Below, in pieces: positions 15,950 to 22,051 of a DNA stretch of 24,000 bases. The position numbers and the translations under genes are program-made. This DNA is from Oscillatoriales cyanobacterium USR001 (GTDB lineage Bacteria > Cyanobacteriota > Cyanobacteriia > Cyanobacteriales > Microcoleaceae). The stretch is taken from positions 13,519-37,518 of the forward strand of contig MBRE01000042.1 of assembly GCA_001698425.1 (NCBI GenBank), written 5' to 3'. How positions within the stretch are numbered: position 1 is the first letter of the stretch; every line of letters starts with the position of its first letter. The notes under the pieces are model-generated. The model ran no database searches. It was not told the origin of the DNA and was given only the letters and a program-made list of their open reading frames with translations.

Positions 15950-17566
15950 ATGATGCAAATTAGGAAACGGGAGAGTCTGGAGGAAATGTTTTCAACTTTC
16001 CTCAACTTTAAAAGCCAGACTCAATATCTTTGGCAAGCTAATCGGAAAGCAGAACAGAATGTCAAAACAAGAATTCTGTTAAACCCAACTGCTAGCGAAA
16101 GAGATTTGGCTGAAGACTGGCTGAATGAATATCTTGAATCTTTGTCAGATCAGCCTAACCAAACGGCTTTGTCAGATGATCCTAGCCAAACGCCTAGATT
16201 TCATTTAGCAGCCTATTTTGAGGACAGTTGCTTTTGGATTGCCCAGAAAATAGCAGAAAAGCGAGCGGGTAAATCATCCCATTTATACTTGTTTCAAGAA
16301 TACTTTCAAATTGCCAGAAGCATAGTTGCTGAACCAAAGAAGATTCTGGATGGATACGACACTAGCCGCAGTAATAGCCCAAAAAGTGTCAAAAACTGGG
16401 GTCAGTTAAAACTCACAAGTGCTATCTTGGAAAAGATAGGTGAAAAGACCTATTCAGATGCTGGAATGCTGAGGCGGCAAACTAAAACTTCGATGAAAAA
16501 AGTTTTACAAGAAGAGGGGATTACTTTGCTGTCAGAGGGATTATTAAAAAGGTTGGATATCAAAGAAACCCAACTAGCACGCTGTGTTCTAGCCTGGGAA
16601 AGTTTTCAGAGAGTTTATACTCCTAGTACGCCTAAAGGGAGGAGGCAACTTTTGTGGCCTGATACCGAGTACCTGAAAAAGATTGCTGATGAATACAATC
16701 AGCAAGCAATAGAGCATAAACTCACCCCCTCAATGACTGCCCAAAACCTTGATGAATTACTAAAAACCTGTGTTAAAGCTTTACGAAATAGTAGCGAAAA
16801 TCAGATGTCTGATCTGGATGTTCAAGAAATGATTTATGAAGCTGAAACAAGGTCTAAGCAGAATTCTCAAGAAATGATTTATGAAACTGAGGCAGGAATT
16901 GAGGAGCTTGAGAATACAGAGATTGGAGAATGTCTATCAAATGCCTTTACCGCCCTACCGAAAGAGGCTCAAATCATGTTAAGACTTTGGCATGGTTTAG
17001 GATTTAATCAGGGTGATGTTGGCGAGTTGTTTGGCATTGAACGGAATCAAATTGCTAACACAGTAAAAGGTTGGCGTAAATTTTTGTTACAGGAATTGAA
17101 CAAATATTTAGGTAAGCCAATGACGACTCAAGAAATTAAGCAGAAATCAAAAAAAATGGATTTGTGGTTGGAGGATTATTGCAGAGATGATTTCGTCTAT
17201 TTTTTATCCAATACCCTTAACAATGAACTCAATGGCGATGTAGAACTGTTACAAAAGTGCTATAACAAGGGTAAGTTTGATCTGAAGGCTGGAGCTAATT
17301 ACCTAAAAATCCCCGAATCTGAAGTCAGTCAAAGAATTGAGAAACTTAAGGTTCAACTGGGATATCGATTGACAGACTATGTGAGCAGTCAATTAACAGC
17401 AGAGGTGGATAAAATTCTACATGAAACCTTGAGTACAAAAAATTTAGCAAAAACATTGACTGTAGATTTAGTCAATCAAAGACTAGCTGAATTTTTAGAT
17501 GAAAACAATCAAGACATCGCTAAATTTGTTGAAGAATGGTTGACCAAAAACAGAGCGGGGGTATAG
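15950..17566 (+). CDS. divergent sigma-70-family-like protein (long form)
   Basis: The track ORF starts at GTG 15938. ATG 15950 has GAGGA 5 nt upstream. A region-4-like HTH, LPKEAQIMLRLWHGLGFNQGDVGELFGIERNQIANTVKGWRKFL, spans nt 16934-17095. A region-2-like segment is LFQEYFQIARSIV...WGQLKLTSAILEKI. A second HTH-like segment, AGANYLKIPESEVSQRIEKLKVQL, spans nt 17243-17371. Confidence 0.55.
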   Translation: MMQIRKRESLEEMFSTFLNFKSQTQYLWQANRKAEQNVKTRILLNPTASERDLAEDWLNEYLESLSDQPNQTALSDDPSQTPRFHLAAYFEDSCFWIAQKIAEKRAGKSSHLYLFQEYFQIARSIVAEPKKILDGYDTSRSNSPKSVKNWGQLKLTSAILEKIGEKTYSDAGMLRRQTKTSMKKVLQEEGITLLSEGLLKRLDIKETQLARCVLAWESFQRVYTPSTPKGRRQLLWPDTEYLKKIADEYNQQAIEHKLTPSMTAQNLDELLKTCVKALRNSSENQMSDLDVQEMIYEAETRSKQNSQEMIYETEAGIEELENTEIGECLSNAFTALPKEAQIMLRLWHGLGFNQGDVGELFGIERNQIANTVKGWRKFLLQELNKYLGKPMTTQEIKQKSKKMDLWLEDYCRDDFVYFLSNTLNNELNGDVELLQKCYNKGKFDLKAGANYLKIPESEVSQRIEKLKVQLGYRLTDYVSSQLTAEVDKILHETLSTKNLAKTLTVDLVNQRLAEFLDENNQDIAKFVEEWLTKNRAGV

Positions 17567-17568
17567 TC

Positions 17569-18756
17569 ATGAAATTCAGTATAACCGAATTAAACCTAAT
17601 TTATTCACATCAACTTTGTTTAGAATTTTCTAGCCAAGACCAGGATAGAGCATGGGCTTCTGAAAACGAATACTCTAATAATTCAGCTAAGTGGAACGCT
17701 TATCTGAATCGACTTTGCTTGAGCAAACTGATTCATTGGTTTCCAGAAAATACGGAAGCAGAAGTAAAAGTATTTCCCAGCGAGAAAGACTTACCAAGTT
17801 TTTGGGAATTTGTCAATGGTACGGCAATAAATATTGGAGAAAAGAGAATTGTTTTGATTCCCAGCGAAGCTGGTAATACAGAAGAATTCTGCGTTCCTCA
17901 AGAATGGGTGGATATTCCTAGTTGGGCCGCAGACTATTATTTAGCCGTGCAAATTAACCCGGATGATGGTTGGTTGCGCTTGTGGGGATATGCGACTCAT
18001 CGACAGTTAAAACACCCGGAAAATTACGATAGACTTGACCGCACATATTGCCTAGAACGCAAAGATTTAATTGATGATTTAGATGTGATGTGGATAGCGT
18101 TAGAACTGGGTGCGGATGAAAAAGTAGCAGTAAAATCTGTCCCTATTTTGTCAATGACGGAAGCGGACAAACTCGTGCTGCAACTTAGTCATTCCTCTGC
18201 TTGTTCTCCTCGTTTAAAGATAGACTTTGAAGAATGGGCTGCAATATTGTCAGAGCAAAAATATAGGCAACAATTGTACAAAGTACGTAACAAAAAGGTG
18301 GTAAAATTAAGCAACTGGTTACAGAACAACTTTGTCAACACAGTTCAAACTGGGTGGCAGACAATTGAAGCTTTATTAGCACCTGAACAACAGAAGTTAG
18401 CTTTGAGTTACAGGAGTAGTTCTGTTACGGAAGAAAACAGTGTGAGGCAAGCTAAACTAATCAATTTTGGCGTACAATTAGGAAATAAATCTCTTGTACT
18501 GCTAGTTGCTCTTACACCCGATGCCGATAATAAAGTAGGTATCCGGGTACAGGTGCATCCGCCGGAAGGTGAAAAGCATTTACCATCCCATGTCAGACTG
18601 GCTTTACTTGAATCAGGGGAAATTCGGCAGGAAGTGCAATCGAGAAACCGGGATAACTTTATTCAACTCAAGCGTTTTAAAGGTATACTCGGAACATCAT
18701 TTAGCGTTCAAGTAGCTCTCGGTGATGTTAGTCTGGCGGAAGAGTTCGAGATTTAA
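17569..18756 (+). CDS. DUF1822-family protein (cyanobacteria-specific, function unknown)
   Basis: ATG 17569 lies 2 nt after the sigma-like stop, with GGGGGT upstream. The alternative ATG 17536 would overlap that gene by 31 nt. Recalled DUF1822 features: VPQEWVDIPSWAADYYLAVQI..., WGYATH, and the C-terminal IRVQVHP...LPSHVRLALLESGE...FSVQVALGD...EEFEI. Confidence 0.65.
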   Translation: MKFSITELNLIYSHQLCLEFSSQDQDRAWASENEYSNNSAKWNAYLNRLCLSKLIHWFPENTEAEVKVFPSEKDLPSFWEFVNGTAINIGEKRIVLIPSEAGNTEEFCVPQEWVDIPSWAADYYLAVQINPDDGWLRLWGYATHRQLKHPENYDRLDRTYCLERKDLIDDLDVMWIALELGADEKVAVKSVPILSMTEADKLVLQLSHSSACSPRLKIDFEEWAAILSEQKYRQQLYKVRNKKVVKLSNWLQNNFVNTVQTGWQTIEALLAPEQQKLALSYRSSSVTEENSVRQAKLINFGVQLGNKSLVLLVALTPDADNKVGIRVQVHPPEGEKHLPSHVRLALLESGEIRQEVQSRNRDNFIQLKRFKGILGTSFSVQVALGDVSLAEEFEI

Positions 18757-18777
18757 CTTTCTCTGCGAGGAATAGCA

Positions 18778-21207
18778 ATGAGTGTGTTAGTTATCTTAAA
18801 TCTGGGGAATGGCAATCTGAGTGTGGGTTTTCCATCAGTAATTGTCCAGCTATCGACAACTAGCACCTCAGTTGTGGATAAATTTAAAGGCAGTTTACCG
18901 GCTGCACCAGAATTAATAGAAGCTTATAAGAAATGGAACTTCCTCTATCAAGAACTTTCTCAACGTTTGAGGAGTCGTTCTGCGCTTGAAATTGAAAACG
19001 AAGATATAACTAATGTTTCTGTAGAAGCTTTTAAAGAGTTATGCGAGCAATTAGAAACTTTGCTGAATAGTTGGTTAAACTCGAAAGAGTTTCACGAGCT
19101 AGAGCGCCAATTACGCACAGAATTAGATAAAAAAGCAGAAATTCGGTTTTTGATTGAAGTAGATGATGATTTAACCCAGAGGCTTCCCTGGCATTCGTGG
19201 AATTTTTTTAAAGCTTACTCGAAGGCAGAAGTAGCTTTAAGTAGCGCCGAAAATCGTCTCATTCCTCAGCAATATCGGGTTGATGGTCAAATAAACATTC
19301 TGGCGATTCTGGGAAATAGTCAAGGGATTGATGTTCAAAAAGACAGAGAAACCTTGGAAAATTTACAGGGAGCCAAATCAGAATTTCTCGTGGAGCCAAA
19401 ACGCAAGTCGTTAAATGACCATCTGTGGGAAAAAAGCTGGGATATCTTATTCTTTGCTGGGCATAGTCAAACTGAGGGTGAAACAGGTCGAATTTATATC
19501 AACAAGACTGATAGTTTAACGATTAAAGATTTAAAGTATGCTCTTCAAAAAGCAGTTGAACGGGGTTTGAAACTGGCGATTTTTAACTCTTGTGATGGGT
19601 TAGGGTTAGCACACGCTTTGGGAGATTTGCACATTCCCCAAATTATTGTCATGCGAGAACCCGTACCGGATTTAGTGGCACAAGAATTTTTGAAGTATTT
19701 CTTGCAAGAGTTTGCTGATGGTAAGCCTTTATATTTGGCAGTGCGATCGGTACGAGAAAGATTGCAAGGGTTAGAGGATGAATTTCCTGCTGCTAGTTGG
19801 TTGCCAATTATTTGTCAGCATCCTGCCTCTGTGCCTCCGACTTGGCAACAGTTGCGGGATGGGATAGAAAGCGATCGTACCGACTCTACCATGCCTCAAA
19901 GTACAACGCACGATCGCAGCGATCACGCCATCCCGCCAACTTCCCATCCTGCGATCGCCATTTTGCGGCATCCTGCCTTTGTTGCAGGTATTGCGAGTAT
20001 TGCGATCGCAAGCTTAGTATTAGGTGTGCGTCAAATGGGGTGGCTGCAAACATGGGAGTTACAAGCTTATGACCAAACGATTAGGTTGCGACCAGATGAA
20101 GGACCAGACCCTCGCTTGTTGATCGTGACAATTGATGAAGCCGATCTGCAATATCAAGACCGGATGGGAATGGAGAGGCGGGGGTCGTTAGCTGATGCGG
20201 CGCTTAATCAATTATTGAAGAAACTTGAACCACATCAACCGCGAGTTATTGGGTTAGATATTTATCGGGATTTTCCTGTGAGACGCGACCAAACTGAGTT
20301 AGTAAATCAACTAAAACAGAATAATAACTTTATTGCAGTTTGCAAACATAGCGATCCTGAAGCCAACGATCCTGGCATTAAACCGCCCGACGAAGTACCA
20401 GAAGATCGGGTTAGCTTTAGCGATGTGGTAGTTGATTATGACAGTGTTATTCGTCGTCATCTCTGGTCTTTAAATGCTAACATAAATTCTCCTTGTACTA
20501 CAGAAGTTGCGTTTAGCCTTCAGTTGGCATTGCATTATTTAGCTGCTCAAGGCATTAAACCTAAAGCTATCCCAGAAAAACGCTCATTGCAGTTGGGTAA
20601 CATTCTCTTAAAACCGTTAGAGACCCATTTCGGAGGATACCGAAATTTGGACGATCGAGGATACCAAATGTTACTCAATTACCGATCTCGTCAGGTCGCC
20701 GAGCGAGTTAGTTTAACAGACGTTTTGAGTGGAAAGTTTAACCCAAATTTAGTCAGAAATCGGATTGTTATTATCGGCATTATTGCTCCAAGTGTTAAAG
20801 ACGACTACTATACCCCTTACAGTATTGGTCGTCAGCGCAACCAAAAAATGCGCGGCGTGTTTGTTCAAGCTCAAATGACCAGTCAGATTATTGGTGCGGT
20901 GCTGGATAAACGTCCTCTGTTGGGAGTTTTGCCTGCTTGGGGTGATACCCTGTGGATTTGGGGGTGGTCTTTGGTGGGGGGTATTATTGCTTGGCGGATT
21001 CGGAAAACGCTAAATCTGGGATTGGTTTTTGTTGTTGCAGTTGTTACTTTGTCGGGAATTTGCTTTATACTTTTTATCAATGGTACTTGGATGCCCTTAG
21101 TACCATCGTTATTGGCGCTGATATTAACAACGGGTGCAAGTTCAGCAGCATATAGCCAATTCCGGTTTTGGTGCAGTCCAAATAAACTTCCACCCTCCAG
21201 CCTATGA
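18778..21207 (+). CDS. membrane sensor: N-terminal CHAT-like caspase-fold domain + TM + CHASE2 + 3 TM
   Basis: 809 aa. Motifs: LPWH (res 136-139), His229 in FFAGHS (nt 19462-19464), Cys272 in FNSCDG (nt 19591-19593). TM1 is res ~400-417. CHASE2 hallmarks: WLQTWELQAYD, LLIVTIDEADL, VIGLDIYRD, MRGVFVQAQMTSQII. Three C-terminal TMs span res ~721-793, with only 16 residues after them. GAGGAA precedes the ATG. Confidence 0.85.
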   Translation: MSVLVILNLGNGNLSVGFPSVIVQLSTTSTSVVDKFKGSLPAAPELIEAYKKWNFLYQELSQRLRSRSALEIENEDITNVSVEAFKELCEQLETLLNSWLNSKEFHELERQLRTELDKKAEIRFLIEVDDDLTQRLPWHSWNFFKAYSKAEVALSSAENRLIPQQYRVDGQINILAILGNSQGIDVQKDRETLENLQGAKSEFLVEPKRKSLNDHLWEKSWDILFFAGHSQTEGETGRIYINKTDSLTIKDLKYALQKAVERGLKLAIFNSCDGLGLAHALGDLHIPQIIVMREPVPDLVAQEFLKYFLQEFADGKPLYLAVRSVRERLQGLEDEFPAASWLPIICQHPASVPPTWQQLRDGIESDRTDSTMPQSTTHDRSDHAIPPTSHPAIAILRHPAFVAGIASIAIASLVLGVRQMGWLQTWELQAYDQTIRLRPDEGPDPRLLIVTIDEADLQYQDRMGMERRGSLADAALNQLLKKLEPHQPRVIGLDIYRDFPVRRDQTELVNQLKQNNNFIAVCKHSDPEANDPGIKPPDEVPEDRVSFSDVVVDYDSVIRRHLWSLNANINSPCTTEVAFSLQLALHYLAAQGIKPKAIPEKRSLQLGNILLKPLETHFGGYRNLDDRGYQMLLNYRSRQVAERVSLTDVLSGKFNPNLVRNRIVIIGIIAPSVKDDYYTPYSIGRQRNQKMRGVFVQAQMTSQIIGAVLDKRPLLGVLPAWGDTLWIWGWSLVGGIIAWRIRKTLNLGLVFVVAVVTLSGICFILFINGTWMPLVPSLLALILTTGASSAAYSQFRFWCSPNKLPPSSL

Positions 21208-22043
21208 AATGGCGATTGATACTAATTTTTATTTTGCCTTTGGCAGTTGGTATTTTTTTCAACATTGAAGCATCCGCATGGCTAACGGTACAAACACCAC
21301 CGCGTCAGCCATCGCCACCCCGTCGTCAGTCGTCGCCCAGTACACCCCAAAGACAGCCGCCTCAGCCATTAGCGGAAACCCGCAACCCGCCCACTGCAAC
21401 TCCTCTCAGTTTTACCTTACCTCCTAAAGGCGCACCTGGAAACCGGGAAGGTGCATCAGGTCGTGGTGACTGTACAGTGGTAGGCAAAGCTCCTCTCACT
21501 GCTTTAATTCCGGGAACGAATATAGGGTTAACAATTGCCGAACGTCCGACTTTCTGGTTTTATGTGCCTTATCAGTCTAATCCTAGAATTCTGGTTGAGT
21601 TTTCGCTAACAGATGACCGGGAAAATACAGTTTACAAAGCAGCTTTTCAATTAATGGATACGCCGGGTATTGTTGGCATTAACTTGCCGCCAAATACACC
21701 TGGCTTAGAGGTTGGCAAGACTTACCGCTGGGAATTAAAGATAGTTTGCGATCCGGCAAACCCGCGAGAATTTGAGTCTGTTGATGGTGCTATTGAGCGG
21801 GTTCGATTGGAGGAGAGTTTAAAGCAGAAAATAGATCGTGTAAATGGGCGCGATCGTGTTCTTATTTATGCTCAAAATGGTTTATGGTACGATACTTTAA
21901 CTAATCTAATTCAACTGCGTCGTCAGAATCCGAAGGATGCTCAATTAGCGAAAGATTGGGAAGATTTATTGCAACAGTCGCCAGATATTCCTTTAGATAA
22001 GATTGTCAATGAGCGTGTTGTTAATTGTTGTACACCAAGGTAG
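21204..22043 (+). CDS. exported DUF928-family protein
   Basis: It has an ATGA overlap with the preceding stop (21204-21207). There is a signal-peptide-like N-terminus (MKWRLILIFILPLAVGIFFNIEASA) and a Pro-rich linker. Recalled DUF928 hallmarks: PPKGAPGNREGASGRG and ERPTFWFYVPY. Confidence 0.75.
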   Translation: MKWRLILIFILPLAVGIFFNIEASAWLTVQTPPRQPSPPRRQSSPSTPQRQPPQPLAETRNPPTATPLSFTLPPKGAPGNREGASGRGDCTVVGKAPLTALIPGTNIGLTIAERPTFWFYVPYQSNPRILVEFSLTDDRENTVYKAAFQLMDTPGIVGINLPPNTPGLEVGKTYRWELKIVCDPANPREFESVDGAIERVRLEESLKQKIDRVNGRDRVLIYAQNGLWYDTLTNLIQLRRQNPKDAQLAKDWEDLLQQSPDIPLDKIVNERVVNCCTPR

Positions 22044-22051
22044 TAACAGTT

